NCBI GenBank assembly: GCA_963815115.1
Contig: CAWFFN010000009.1
Location: 256,001-320,000 of the forward strand
Direction: 5' to 3'
From: an uncultured delta proteobacterium
Lineage (GTDB): Bacteria > Desulfobacterota > Binatia > DP-6
Length of the DNA: 64,000 bases
Below are positions 51,801-61,854 of this stretch, in pieces; position 1 is the first letter of the stretch; the number at the start of each line of letters is the position of its first letter. The notes beneath the pieces are model-generated. The model searched no databases. It was given only the letters and a program-made list of their open reading frames with translations, and was not told the DNA's origin. Made by a program: the position numbers and the translations under genes.

Positions 51801-53397
51801 GCTGGATGCGGTCGAGCTCGAGATCGCGAACCACCGCCTGGGCGCGATCGCCGAGGAGATGGGTGTCGTGCTCGGGCGCACGGCGCTCTCGCCCAACGTG
51901 AAGGAGCGCCGTGACTACTCCTGCGCCGTGTTCGACGCCCGCGGCTCGCTGGTCGCGCAGGCGGCGCACATCCCGGTGCATCTCGGCGCCATGCCGCTCT
52001 CGGTGCGCGCGGCCATCACCCGCGTTCCGATGGGGCCGGAGGACGTCGCGGTCCTGAACGATCCCTTCGCGGGCGGTACCCACCTGCCCGACGTGACGGT
52101 CGTGGCCCCGGTCTTCGCCCGCGGCGCCCGTCGCCCGTTCGCCTACGTCGCGAATCGCGCCCACCACGCCGACATCGGCGGCATGTCGCCGGGCTCGATG
52201 CCGCTCGCCAGCGACATCTTCCAGGAGGGGCTGCGCCTGCCGCCGGTGAAGCTGGTCGCGAACGGCCGGCTGGCCGCCGACGTGATCGCCATCTTCCTCG
52301 CCAACACCCGCGTGCCCGAGGAGCGCGCCGGCGACCTCGAGGCGCAGTGGGCGGCCCTGCGGGTGGGCGCCGGGCGGCTGCGGAGCCTGGCCGCGCGTCG
52401 GGGTGGGGTCGCGGTGCTGGCGCGCGAGATGGCCGCGCTCCAGGACTACTCGGCCGCGCTCATGCGTGCGACCCTGCGCGCCCTTCCCCGCGGCACCTAC
52501 CGCGGGCACGACGTGCTCGACGACGACGGCTTCGGGACCGACCGGCTCGCGCTCGCGGTGGCCGTGACCCTCGCCGGCGGTCGTGCGCGCGTCGACTTCA
52601 CCGGCACCGCGCCGCAGACGCGGGGGCCGCTGAACGCCAACCTCGCGGTCACGCGCTCGGCGGTGCTGTACGTCTTCACGGCGCTGGCGCGGGAGGCCAT
52701 CCCGCCGAACGAGGGGCTGTCGCGGCCGCTCACCGTCGTGGCCCCCGAGGGCTCGCTGGTGAACGCCCGGGCGCCGGCGGCGGTGGCCGGAGGAAACGTC
52801 GAGACGTCGCAACGCATCGTCGACGTGCTGCTGCGGGCGCTCGCCCGTGCCGCGCCGGACCGCGTGCCGGCGGCGAGCTGTGGCTCGATGAACAACGTCG
52901 CGCTCGGCAGCACTGCCGGCGCGCGGTCCTTCGCCTACTACGAGACGATCGCCGGCGGCGCAGGCGGCGGTCCCTCGCGGCCGGGGGCGTCCGCCGTCCA
53001 CACCCACATGACGAACACCATGAACACGCCGATCGAGGCGCTGGAGGCGTACTACCCGCTCCAGGTCCGGCGCTATTCCCTGCGACCGCACTCGGGAGGC
53101 CGCGGGCGCCATCCGGGTGGTGCGGGCGTGGTCCGCGAGCTGGCGTTTCTCACCGCGGCCGAGGTGACGCTGCTCGGAGAGCGGCGCCGCGTGCGGCCAT
53201 ACGGTCTTGCGGGTGGTGCGCCGGGCATGGCGGGACGCGACTGGCTATTTCATCGCGGCCGCCGCGTGCGGCTGCCCGGCAAGGCGACGCTGCGCGTGGA
53301 AAGCGGAGACCGCTTGCGTATCGAGACACCGGGCGGGGGCGGGTTCGGCCCCGCCCGGCGTCCCACACGTCGGATCAGGCGGCCTGGTGCTTCGTGA
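51793..53397 (+). CDS. Hydantoinase B / oxoprolinase subunit B
   Basis: KERRDYSCA, HIPVHLG, NDPFAGGTHLPD and HMTNT motifs. Confidence 0.93.
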   Translation: MRELDAVELEIANHRLGAIAEEMGVVLGRTALSPNVKERRDYSCAVFDARGSLVAQAAHIPVHLGAMPLSVRAAITRVPMGPEDVAVLNDPFAGGTHLPDVTVVAPVFARGARRPFAYVANRAHHADIGGMSPGSMPLASDIFQEGLRLPPVKLVANGRLAADVIAIFLANTRVPEERAGDLEAQWAALRVGAGRLRSLAARRGGVAVLAREMAALQDYSAALMRATLRALPRGTYRGHDVLDDDGFGTDRLALAVAVTLAGGRARVDFTGTAPQTRGPLNANLAVTRSAVLYVFTALAREAIPPNEGLSRPLTVVAPEGSLVNARAPAAVAGGNVETSQRIVDVLLRALARAAPDRVPAASCGSMNNVALGSTAGARSFAYYETIAGGAGGGPSRPGASAVHTHMTNTMNTPIEALEAYYPLQVRRYSLRPHSGGRGRHPGGAGVVRELAFLTAAEVTLLGERRRVRPYGLAGGAPGMAGRDWLFHRGRRVRLPGKATLRVESGDRLRIETPGGGGFGPARRPTRRIRRPGAS

Positions 53398-53734
53398 CGC
53401 GCTCGAGCCGGCGCTCGAGATCGCCGAGCCGGCGCTTCAGATCGGCGACGTCCTGCGCGCTGGCGAGCCCGACGCGAGACGCGGCCTCACCGGCCAGGCC
53501 CGTGAGGCGGTCGAAGACGAGGGTCCGCAGCCGTTGCCGCTGGGCGTCGAACTGCCCGACAGCCTTGTTGGCGCGCTTGCGAGCATCGCTCAGGACGTCG
53601 AGCGGCCCGCGGTTCACCATCGCGACCGCGTCCTTCCGAAGCCGGGTGACGAACTTCCGGCCCTCGGTCTGGGCGCGCTTCATCGAAGCCCGGACGTCGT
53701 CGAGCGAGAGACGAGCGGTGAGAGATTCAGCCAT
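53375..53734 (-). CDS. Phasin-like (PhaF/PhaI-type) helical protein
   Basis: Amphipathic helices with C-terminal GLASAQDVADLKRRL..LE..L coiled coil; AGGAGG SD. Confidence 0.6.
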   Translation of the reverse strand: MAESLTARLSLDDVRASMKRAQTEGRKFVTRLRKDAVAMVNRGPLDVLSDARKRANKAVGQFDAQRQRLRTLVFDRLTGLAGEAASRVGLASAQDVADLKRRLGDLERRLERVTKHQAA

Positions 53735-53897
53735 TGAGACACATCCTCCTGACAGACGATTGGCCCCGCTGAGGGGGCGACCCGGAAGCTACTACGCGCT
53801 GCGTCAATGTCAAGGGGTGGGTCGGCCAGCGGCCGCGCTCCGTTGACGGCTCTCGTGTATTCGAGTACTTGGCTTCCCTTTCCCGGGGTCCCGCGGC

Positions 53898-53971
53898 GGT
53901 CGCATAGCTCAGTTGGTTAGAGCGCCTGCTTCACACGCAGGAGGCCCGTGGTTCGAGTCCACGTGCGACCA
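53898..53971 (+). tRNA. tRNA-Val (anticodon CAC), CCA not encoded
   Basis: Acceptor stem GGTCGCA/TGCGACC, D arm GCTCAGTTGGTTAGAGC, anticodon arm CCTGC-TTCACAC-GCAGG, T loop GGTTCGAGTCC. Confidence 0.97.
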
Positions 53972-53979
53972 TTCCCGAC

Positions 53980-54660
53980 ATGATCTCCCTGCGCGGCGTA
54001 CGGAAGGTCTTCGGGCATGGTGAGACCGCGGTCTGTGCGCTCGGCGGCGTGACGCTCGACATCCCGGCCGGACAGCTCGTGGCCGTGGTCGGTCCCAGCG
54101 GCTCGGGCAAGAGCACGCTCCTGCATCTGCTGGGCGGCCTCGACCAGGCCACCGAGGGAGAGATCGTCATCGGTGGCACCCCGATCTCCAGGATGAGCGA
54201 CGACGAGATCACCATCTTCCGGCGCCGGAAGATCGGCTTCGTGTTCCAGTTCTTCAATCTGCTCCCCACGCTGACGGCCGCGGAGAACGTCGCCCTGCCC
54301 CTCATGCTCGACGGCCGCAGCTGGCGCGAGGTGCGCTCGAAGGTCGACGCGGTGCTCGACCGGGTCGGGCTGGCGGGCCGGCGGCAGCATCGGCCCGACG
54401 AGCTCTCGGGCGGCGAGATGCAACGGGTGGCGATCGCGCGGGCGCTGGTCATCGACCCGGTGCTGATCCTCGCCGACGAGCCCACCGGAAACCTCGACTC
54501 CCGCACCGGCGAGCAGGTACTCGCCCTGGTCCGCGAGGCCAACCGCGGCGGCGCGACCGTCGTGCTCGTGACCCACGACGCGCGGGCCGCGAGCTACGGC
54601 AGGCGGACGGTCACCATGCAGGACGGCGGGATCGTGAGCGACACGACCAGCCCGTCGTGA
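53980..54660 (+). CDS. ABC transporter ATPase (LolD/MacB type), orphan
   Basis: [17 protein letters not shown] and ADEPTGNLD motifs; no adjacent permease. Confidence 0.92.
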   Translation: MISLRGVRKVFGHGETAVCALGGVTLDIPAGQLVAVVGPSGSGKSTLLHLLGGLDQATEGEIVIGGTPISRMSDDEITIFRRRKIGFVFQFFNLLPTLTAAENVALPLMLDGRSWREVRSKVDAVLDRVGLAGRRQHRPDELSGGEMQRVAIARALVIDPVLILADEPTGNLDSRTGEQVLALVREANRGGATVVLVTHDARAASYGRRTVTMQDGGIVSDTTSPS

Positions 54661-54681
54661 AACGCGGGGCCTGGGCGCCGC

Positions 54682-55770
54682 TCACCAGCCGGCCAGAACG
54701 GCCGCGCGCGCCCGGTGGTACTCTGCCGTCCCGAGATACGCGCGGTCGAACACCGCGCGCCGGAACCACAGATGGAGATCGTACTCCCACGTGAAGCCGA
54801 TCCCCCCGTGCAGCTCGGTGCAGATGCGAGCGGCGCGGTCGAAGAGATCCGTCAGGTGCGCCTTGGCGAGCGCCGCGTGCCGCTCGGCGCGGTCGGGGAT
54901 GTGATCCCAGGCATGCGCCGCGTACCACCAGAGCGAGAGCGCAGGCTCGACGTCGGTGACGACGTCGGCCAGCTGGTGCTTCACGGCCTGGAAGGCGCCA
55001 ATGGGCTGCCCGAACTGCTCGCGGGTCAGCACGTAGCGCGCAGTCATGTCGATGCAGCGGCGGGCGCCGCCGTAGGCGTCGGCCGCGAGCAGCACCAGGC
55101 CGGCATCGCGGGTGCGGTCGACGACCGCGCGGCCGGCGGCGATCTTCACCCCCGGCGTGCCGTCCAGCTTGACCGCCGCCACGCGGCGAGTCTCGTCCGT
55201 GCCCTGGAGGGCGCTGACCTCGAGGCCCGGGGCGCCGCGCTCCACCAGCCACAGGCCGGGTCCGCCCGCGTCCCGTGCTGCCACGACGAGGACGTCGGCG
55301 ACGTTCGCTGCCGGGGCGAGCGACTTCTGGCCGTGCAGCGTGCGGCCGTCGGCCCGTGTCGCCAGCTTCTCGGCGTCCCACTCGTCCTGCTCCTCGCCGA
55401 TCGCCACCGTGGCGATGACCTCACCGGAGGCGATGCCCGGCAGCCAGCGCCGATGCACCTCCGAATCGTCCGACGCGAGTAGCGCGACCGTCGCCATCGC
55501 GTTGCCGAGAAATGGCCCGGGGGTGCAGCCCCAGCCCAGCTCCTCCGCCGCCAGCGCCACGTCGAGCAGCTCGAGACCGGAGCCTCCGTGCGCCGGCGGA
55601 ACCTGCAGTCCGGCCACGCCGAGATCCGCGAGCCCGCGCCAGAGCGTCGCATCGTGACCGGTGTCGCTCTCCATCACGAGCCGGACCCGGCTCGTCGGGC
55701 ATTCGGCCTCGAGCCAGCGGCGGATCGTGTCCTTCAGCAGGACCTGATCCTGCGACAATCCGAAATCCAT
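54682..55770 (-). CDS. Acyl-CoA dehydrogenase, short subunit
   Basis: REQFGQPIGAFQAVKH and HGGIGFTWE motifs. Confidence 0.92.
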   Translation of the reverse strand: MDFGLSQDQVLLKDTIRRWLEAECPTSRVRLVMESDTGHDATLWRGLADLGVAGLQVPPAHGGSGLELLDVALAAEELGWGCTPGPFLGNAMATVALLASDDSEVHRRWLPGIASGEVIATVAIGEEQDEWDAEKLATRADGRTLHGQKSLAPAANVADVLVVAARDAGGPGLWLVERGAPGLEVSALQGTDETRRVAAVKLDGTPGVKIAAGRAVVDRTRDAGLVLLAADAYGGARRCIDMTARYVLTREQFGQPIGAFQAVKHQLADVVTDVEPALSLWWYAAHAWDHIPDRAERHAALAKAHLTDLFDRAARICTELHGGIGFTWEYDLHLWFRRAVFDRAYLGTAEYHRARAAVLAGW

Positions 55771-55776
55771 GACGAC

Positions 55777-56997
55777 CTACTTGCGCGCTTCGCGCGGCAG
55801 CCCGAGGCCGCGCTCGGCGATGATGTTGCGCTGGATGTTGGCGGCGCCGCCGGCGATCAGCACGCCCAGGGACCACATGTACGCCATGCCGAACATACCC
55901 ATCGCGGGAGCGTTCGGCTCGCCGGGGGCGAGCAGTGCGCGGTCGCCCACGACGTCCATGGCGAGCTTCGCGATGTCGTACCCGAGCTGCGTGCTGTAGA
56001 GCTTGGTCACCATGCCCGCGAGGCCCGCGTCCTCGCCGCGCGCGCTGGCGGTGAGAAGCCGGTAGCCGTTGAGCTCGAGGGCGACCAGCCGGGCCTCGAC
56101 CTGCACGAGGCGGTCGCGGATGACCGGGTCCTTCGCGGCCGGCTGGCCGCGCCGGTCCACCGCCTGCGCCAGCATGGCGAGGCCGTCGAACGTCCGGCGC
56201 TGCAGCGACGCGTTGCCGATCAGCGCGCGCTCGTGCTTCAGCGTGGAGCGGCTCACCACCCAGCCCTGTCCGCGCCGGCCCACGATGTTCTGCGCGGGCA
56301 CGCGCACGGCATCGAAGAACACCTCGCTGAAGTCCGCGTCGCCCGTCATCTGACGCAGCGGCCGCACGTCGATGCCGGGAGTCCGCATGTCGATCAGGAG
56401 GTAGCTGATCCCGTCGTGCTTCGGAGCGTCGGGCTCGGTTCGCACGAGCGCGAACATCCAGTCGGCCTCGCGCGCGTTCGACGTCCAGATCTTCTGCCCG
56501 TTCACCACCCAGGTGTCGCCGTCGAGAACCGCTTTCGTGCGCAGCGACGCGAGGTCGCTGCCGGCCCCCGGCTCGCTGTAGCCCTGGCACCACTTGATCT
56601 TGCCGAGCAGCGTGGCCTCGATGAAGAATTGCTTCTGCGCCTCGGTGCCGTGCTCGATCAGGGTGGGCACGAGCATGCTGGGACCCTGTCCCATGATCTC
56701 GAAGGGTGCCCGCGCTCTCCTGAACTCCTCGCCGACGATGGTGGCCTTCAGCGGGTCGGCCGGCTGCTCCGCGCCGCCGTACTGTCGCGGCACGTGACGG
56801 TAGAGGTAGCCTCGCTCGATGGCCGCTCGGCGGAATGCCGTCGCGCGCTCGTCGGTGCGGACCTGCGCGCCGGTCATGGCGGCGACGCTGTCGAGGTCCG
56901 TGCTGGATGCGGCGTCGTCCGCCGTCCAGTGGGCGGCGAGGAAGGCGCGGACCTCCTCGCGGAACCGCTCGTATTCGGCGCTGTAGCTGAGATTCAC
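55777..56997 (-). CDS. Acyl-CoA dehydrogenase, long subunit
   Basis: WCQGYSEPGAGSDLAS, NGQKIWTS, TLKHER and IQRNIIAER motifs. Confidence 0.93.
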   Translation of the reverse strand: MNLSYSAEYERFREEVRAFLAAHWTADDAASSTDLDSVAAMTGAQVRTDERATAFRRAAIERGYLYRHVPRQYGGAEQPADPLKATIVGEEFRRARAPFEIMGQGPSMLVPTLIEHGTEAQKQFFIEATLLGKIKWCQGYSEPGAGSDLASLRTKAVLDGDTWVVNGQKIWTSNAREADWMFALVRTEPDAPKHDGISYLLIDMRTPGIDVRPLRQMTGDADFSEVFFDAVRVPAQNIVGRRGQGWVVSRSTLKHERALIGNASLQRRTFDGLAMLAQAVDRRGQPAAKDPVIRDRLVQVEARLVALELNGYRLLTASARGEDAGLAGMVTKLYSTQLGYDIAKLAMDVVGDRALLAPGEPNAPAMGMFGMAYMWSLGVLIAGGAANIQRNIIAERGLGLPREARK

Positions 56998-57234
56998 GGG
57001 TCGCTCCTTGGCGGGTTCGCGATCGAATCGAAATGATTAGCAGGGCCGCAGCGCCGATCACAAGTCACGCGCTTGACGCGGGAGCGGACCGCCGCATAAG
57101 CCAGGTGCGGCATGCGCCTCCACTGCTTCGACCTCGCGCATCTCCGGTTCCGGAAACCCCCGCGACTGGCCAGGGCACCCATCAGCGTGCACGCGGCACA
57201 GGGTTGCTCGGTCGAGCTCGGCGGGTCGTGACGC

Positions 57235-57552
57235 GTGCAGGTCGGCCGGCTCGGAACGCTCGCCCTCGTGCTGCTGCTGACGAGCTGCGGCCTCTTTCGT
57301 CACGGTCAGAGCCCGTTGGTCGGGGGGCCGATCAACCTGAACACCGCATCGCTACAGGAGATCGAGACGCTTCCGGGCGTCACGCCGTCCATGGCGAAGC
57401 GCATCCTCGACGGGCGGCCGTACGGCGACATCGACGACCTGGTCGATCGGAAGATCCTGAGCCACCGCGAGCTCGAGCGCATCAAGAAGAAGGTGACGGT
57501 GGGGGAAGCCGCCCGGAAGAAGGCCGGCGAGCAGCCCGGATCCGGCCGCTGA
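57235..57552 (+). CDS. ComEA-like helix-hairpin-helix lipoprotein
   Basis: LTSC lipobox; INLNTAS...LPGV..SMAKRI. Confidence 0.8.
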   Translation: MQVGRLGTLALVLLLTSCGLFRHGQSPLVGGPINLNTASLQEIETLPGVTPSMAKRILDGRPYGDIDDLVDRKILSHRELERIKKKVTVGEAARKKAGEQPGSGR

Positions 57553-57568
57553 CCGAGCGAGGGCCCCG

Positions 57569-58936
57569 ATGCCTGACAACCCAGCCGTCGATCTCGGTAT
57601 GCTCCTCCCGATGTGGAGCGCGCTCCCGTTCGCCGGGATGCTGCTCTCGATCGCGACCCTCCCGCTGCTCGCACCCGAGTTCTGGCATCACCATTACCCC
57701 AAGGTGTCGGCAGCGTGGGCGCTCGCCTTCGCGCTGCCGTTCGTGCTCCGCTTCGGCGGCGCCGCATGGCACGAGCTGCTGCACGTCGCCGTCATCGACT
57801 ACATTCCCTTCGTGATCCTCATCGCCAGCCTGTTCACGATCGGGGGCGGTATCCACGTGGGCGGATCACTGCGCGGCTCGCCGGGGGTCAACGCCCTGAT
57901 CATGCTCGCGGGCGTCTTCCTCGCGTCGTGGGTCGGCACCACCGGCGCAGCCATGGTGACGATCCGGCCACTGCTGCGGGCCAACCGCGCCCGGCGCTAT
58001 CGCGCACATACCGTCGTGTTCTTCATCTTCCTGGTGGCCAACATCGGCGGCGCCCTGACGCCGCTGGGCGATCCCCCGCTCTTCCTGGGATTCCTCCACG
58101 GCGTGCCGTTCTTCTGGACGTTCTCGCTCTGGGAGGAGATGGTCTTCGTCGCCGGCATCGTGCTCGCGATCTACCTGCTCGTCGACGTGACGTGCTGGCG
58201 CCGCGAGGACCCCGGCGTGCGCGCGCCGCTCACGAGCCCGCGCGATCCCTTGCGTGTCGAGGGTGCGCACAACCTCCTGCTGCTCGCGGGCGTACTCGCC
58301 GGTGTCATCGCCTCGGGCATCTGGCCGGGGCCCGAGATCGACCTGCTGGGCATCCACCAGCGCGTCGGCAATCTCGTCCGCGACGCCATGCTGCTCGCGA
58401 TGCTCGCCCTGTCGTGGCGCACGACGTCCGCCGGCGTGCGCGAGGCGAACGAGTACTCGTGGAGTCCAATCCGCGAGGTCGCCATCCTGTTCGCGGGCAT
58501 CTTCGTCACCATCATCCCCGCGCTGGCGATGCTGCGGGTCGGGGAGCAGGGTGCCATGGCCGGAGTCGTCGGGGCGGTCCAGAAGCCGGTGCACTTCTTC
58601 TGGGCGAGCGGGGCGCTGTCGTCCTTCCTGGACAACGCCCCGACGTATCTCGCCTTTCTCTCGACGGCGCTCGGGCGCCTCTTCCCCGGCGTGCCCGAGC
58701 ACGTGGCGGTGGCCCGGCTCATCGCGGAGCATCCGGCGTACCTGAGCGGCGTCTCCACCGGATCGGTCTTCATGGGAGCGAACACCTACATCGGCAACGC
58801 CCCCAACTTCATGGTGAAGTCGATCGCCGAGGAGAGCGGGGTGCCGATGCCGTCGTTCTTCGGCTACATTCTCCGCTACAGCCTGCCGGTCCTGATCCCG
58901 ACCTTCGCCCTTGCCGGCTGGCTGTTCCTCACCTGA
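57569..58936 (+). CDS. Putative sodium:proton antiporter (NhaD / IT superfamily)
   Basis: ANIGGALTPLGDPPL, SSFLDNAPTY and YIGNAPNFMVK motifs. Confidence 0.88.
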   Translation: MPDNPAVDLGMLLPMWSALPFAGMLLSIATLPLLAPEFWHHHYPKVSAAWALAFALPFVLRFGGAAWHELLHVAVIDYIPFVILIASLFTIGGGIHVGGSLRGSPGVNALIMLAGVFLASWVGTTGAAMVTIRPLLRANRARRYRAHTVVFFIFLVANIGGALTPLGDPPLFLGFLHGVPFFWTFSLWEEMVFVAGIVLAIYLLVDVTCWRREDPGVRAPLTSPRDPLRVEGAHNLLLLAGVLAGVIASGIWPGPEIDLLGIHQRVGNLVRDAMLLAMLALSWRTTSAGVREANEYSWSPIREVAILFAGIFVTIIPALAMLRVGEQGAMAGVVGAVQKPVHFFWASGALSSFLDNAPTYLAFLSTALGRLFPGVPEHVAVARLIAEHPAYLSGVSTGSVFMGANTYIGNAPNFMVKSIAEESGVPMPSFFGYILRYSLPVLIPTFALAGWLFLT

Positions 58937-58956
58937 GGAATCCGAGGAGCAGGAAC

Positions 58957-59544
58957 ATGGCCGACCGGCATGCCATCGTCGTCGACGGTCCGGATACCGC
59001 CTTGCGCGCCTTCGCGGCGGGCTTTCTCGCCGGGCGCGGCGAGCCGCGCGAGGCAGTGCTCCACGGTCCGGACCTGCCCCTGGAGCCAGGCTCGTTCGGC
59101 GACCGCCTCAGCGCGCTCCTGCGCGGCGGCCGGCACGAGATTCTCCTGGTCGACGCGCGCCTCGGCGAGGCCCTCACCTCGGCGCTCGCGCGACACGCGG
59201 ACGAGCTCGGCATCCGGGTGACCGAGCACGTTGCCGTCGCCGCGGTGTCGTTCGAGTTCAGCGCCGAGACCCCGTCACGCGAAGCTGCTGCGCGCATCGA
59301 CGCGGAGCTCGCGAATCTTCCCGCAGGCGTCACCCTGATCGACCAGGAGCGTGAGGAGATCGATCCCGGCGCCCGCGGCGTCGAGCTGTACGCTCCCGCG
59401 CACGACTACCAGTTCCGCGCCGAGGGTCGGGCCAGCGGCGCGCTCGATGGCGTGCTCGCGCTGCACCGCCGGCTGACGGAGACGGACTTCGTCACCGTGG
59501 AGCCGCTGCATCTCGTCGAAACGCCCATCAGCTCCGGAAGGTGA
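58957..59544 (+). CDS. Hypothetical protein downstream of the antiporter
   Basis: SD-like GAGGAGCAGGA; coding codon bias; GVELYAPAHDY motif. Confidence 0.7.
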   Translation: MADRHAIVVDGPDTALRAFAAGFLAGRGEPREAVLHGPDLPLEPGSFGDRLSALLRGGRHEILLVDARLGEALTSALARHADELGIRVTEHVAVAAVSFEFSAETPSREAAARIDAELANLPAGVTLIDQEREEIDPGARGVELYAPAHDYQFRAEGRASGALDGVLALHRRLTETDFVTVEPLHLVETPISSGR

Positions 59545-59620
59545 GTCGGCGCCGTCCAACCTTGCCTCTTGTGCCCCTCTGGAGTAGGGCACGAGCAGCC
59601 CCGCACAACGGAGGTCCCGC

Positions 59621-59842
59621 ATGCCGCGTCAGAAGAGCATCATCACGATCATCCGCGACCTGGTGCGAACGGAGATCCGCAAGGCGCTCTCCGGTCTCTT
59701 CGGGGGCCTCGGCGTCACTTCCGGCGCGAAGCCGCAGCGCCGCCGTCGCCGTCGCAAGCGCAAGGCTGCACCGGCTGGAGCGAAGCGCCGTGGGCGGCCG
59801 CCTGGCCGGAAGCGCAGGGTCGGCGCGCAGTCCGCGACCTGA
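59621..59842 (+). CDS. Small basic protein with AT-hook-like motif
   Basis: GGAGG SD; amphipathic N-terminal helix then RRRRRRKRK and KRRGRPPGRKRR. Confidence 0.7.
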   Translation: MPRQKSIITIIRDLVRTEIRKALSGLFGGLGVTSGAKPQRRRRRRKRKAAPAGAKRRGRPPGRKRRVGAQSAT

Positions 59843-59889
59843 CCGCTCCGATTCCCGGCGCGGCCCGCGGCCGCCGCGCCGGTCCCCGC

Positions 59890-60948
59890 ATGCGTGTGGC
59901 GCTCGGCCTCGGCGCCGTCCAGCTCGCCGTCACCCTCGGCTGGATGGCGTATGCGTACTTCCAGCGCCGCATCCTCGATGACAACGGGCTGGCGCGGTTC
60001 GACACGCTCCTCGCCGCCTACATCGCGGCCGCTGGAGGGATGCTGGGACCGCTCGCCGGTGGGCTCGCCGATCTCACCCTGCGGCGGGTAGGCAGTCGTT
60101 TTCCGGTGATCGTCGCGGGCGGTCTCCTGGCAGGCGTTCTGTTCGTCGCCGTCGCGCTCGCGATCGGGCCGGAGGCCCCCGGCCCGCTGCGCTCGGCGAT
60201 CCCGCTCCTGATCGCGTTGTGGGTCGCCGCCATGACGGTGCTGCAGGCGCCCTCGCTGGCGCTGGTCGACGACGTCGCAGAATCCGAGCTGCTGCCCGTC
60301 ACGGTCGCCCCGATGGTCGTCGCGACCACCCTTCCGCTCGCTCTCTGGCCCTGGGTGCGGCGCGTGCTCGACCGCGCGGGCGGACAACTGGCGTTCGTGC
60401 TGGGTGGCGTGACGGTCGTGGCGGCGACGCTGCTCGTGCGGCGATGGGTACCGCGCCCGGCGACGCCCGCGGCTGCGACGGCCGGCAGCGGCTCGCCGGG
60501 CGTCACCTATGCTCGCGCGTTCGCGCTCGGCGTCAGCTCGGCCTTCGTGGCCCTGCTCGCCGTGCGGCTCGTGCCCGTCACGCTCGCGGCGCGTCTGGAA
60601 CGGGTCGATCCGTCGTTGTTCTCCGGCATCGCCTTCGCCGCCAGCGGCGTCCTCGCCCTACCGCTCGGCCGGGCGGCGGTCACCGTGGGCCGCACGCGCG
60701 CGCTGCTCGCGAGCTTCGTGCTCGCGGCCGCCTGCGCCCTGTGGGCGCGCGTCGTGTCGGGCGGCGCCAGCGTCGCCGTGCTGATGCTCGTCCTCGGCGC
60801 CGCCCTCGGACTCCATCTCGACTGCGCGCTGCCGGTCGCTTTCGGCGCCGGCTCCGGCCCGCGTGCCGGCCTGTGCGCCGGGCTCTACCTGGGCGGCGTC
60901 ATGGCGGGGAGCGGGGCCGCCCTGCTCCTGGTGTCCGGGCGGATCTAG
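59890..60948 (+). CDS. Divergent MFS-like membrane transporter
   Basis: About 11-12 hydrophobic segments; GPLAGGLAD...GSRFP resembles MFS motif A. Confidence 0.7.
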   Translation: MRVALGLGAVQLAVTLGWMAYAYFQRRILDDNGLARFDTLLAAYIAAAGGMLGPLAGGLADLTLRRVGSRFPVIVAGGLLAGVLFVAVALAIGPEAPGPLRSAIPLLIALWVAAMTVLQAPSLALVDDVAESELLPVTVAPMVVATTLPLALWPWVRRVLDRAGGQLAFVLGGVTVVAATLLVRRWVPRPATPAAATAGSGSPGVTYARAFALGVSSAFVALLAVRLVPVTLAARLERVDPSLFSGIAFAASGVLALPLGRAAVTVGRTRALLASFVLAAACALWARVVSGGASVAVLMLVLGAALGLHLDCALPVAFGAGSGPRAGLCAGLYLGGVMAGSGAALLLVSGRI

Positions 60949-61349
60949 CGTCCCGTCTCGATCACCGCGCGGCGCCGGCGCAGCAGCCAGCGCCCGTCGC
61001 GCTTCACGACCTCGTCCTCGTAGCGTCCCGTGATCTGCATCAGCCCCGCTGGGCCGGACCCGGTGAGCGCCAGCACGTAGCAGAACACGTCGGCGCGCTC
61101 GGCCTCGGCACGCTCGACGATGACGTTGGTCACCAGGTGCCGCATGAACAGACCGGTGCCGCCGATCATGCCGCCGAGGCGCCGGACGCCGTCGTGGCCC
61201 TCGTGCGTGCCCATCAGCTCGCCGAAGTCGACGATGCAATCCGGCGTGAAGAGCGAGGGAAACTCGTCCCACAGGCCGTAATCGATCACCCGGCAGTAGC
61301 GGGCGAGCAGCTCGTGGATGGCGAGGCGATCGTCGGCGGAGAGGCTCAT
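60945..61349 (-). CDS. SnoaL/NTF2-like family protein
   Basis: DRLAIHELLARYC..D, LFTPD, RHLVTN and GRYEDEVVKRDGRW motifs. Confidence 0.9.
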   Translation of the reverse strand: MSLSADDRLAIHELLARYCRVIDYGLWDEFPSLFTPDCIVDFGELMGTHEGHDGVRRLGGMIGGTGLFMRHLVTNVIVERAEAERADVFCYVLALTGSGPAGLMQITGRYEDEVVKRDGRWLLRRRRAVIETGR

Positions 61350-61503
61350 GGGGCGTTTCCCTACCGCAGCGCGAAACGGCGGCGCAAGCATCGCGCAGCG
61401 TGCGGAGAGGACTTCGCCCCGCGCGCAAAGACCGGCGGAGCTCGGCTGAAGCGTCCAGCTCAGGGTTCTGGCGTTTATGGCGTCAATGGCGTATCACCGA
61501 AAA

Positions 61504-61854
61504 ATGAAGCAGGTGAGTCTGGCCCAGGCCCGCGATCGGTTGTCCGTGCTCGTCAACGACGCAGCCCACGGTGGCCAGCGGATCGTGCTGGCCTCCCGGG
61601 GTCGTCCCAAGGCGGCATTGATCGGCATGGAGGACCTGGCACGGCTCGAGCGGGCCGAGACCGGGACGACCACCATCGAGCGCGAGATGCTGCGCTGGAT
61701 CGAGCGGGTCGAGGACGCACAGCGCCGTTGGCCACCGGCGGCGAGGTCTTCGACCCAGGCGCTGCGGGAGGTGCGGGAGGCGAAGCATGCGGGGAGGAAT
61801 GGTGTGCGTCGACGCGAGCCTCGCGCTCAAGCTGCTCGTCGTCGAGGGCGATAG
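61504..61854 (+). CDS. Phd/YefM family antitoxin
   Basis: MKQVSLAQARDRLSVLVN...RIVLASRGRPKAALI. Confidence 0.88.
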   Translation: MKQVSLAQARDRLSVLVNDAAHGGQRIVLASRGRPKAALIGMEDLARLERAETGTTTIEREMLRWIERVEDAQRRWPPAARSSTQALREVREAKHAGRNGVRRREPRAQAARRRGR

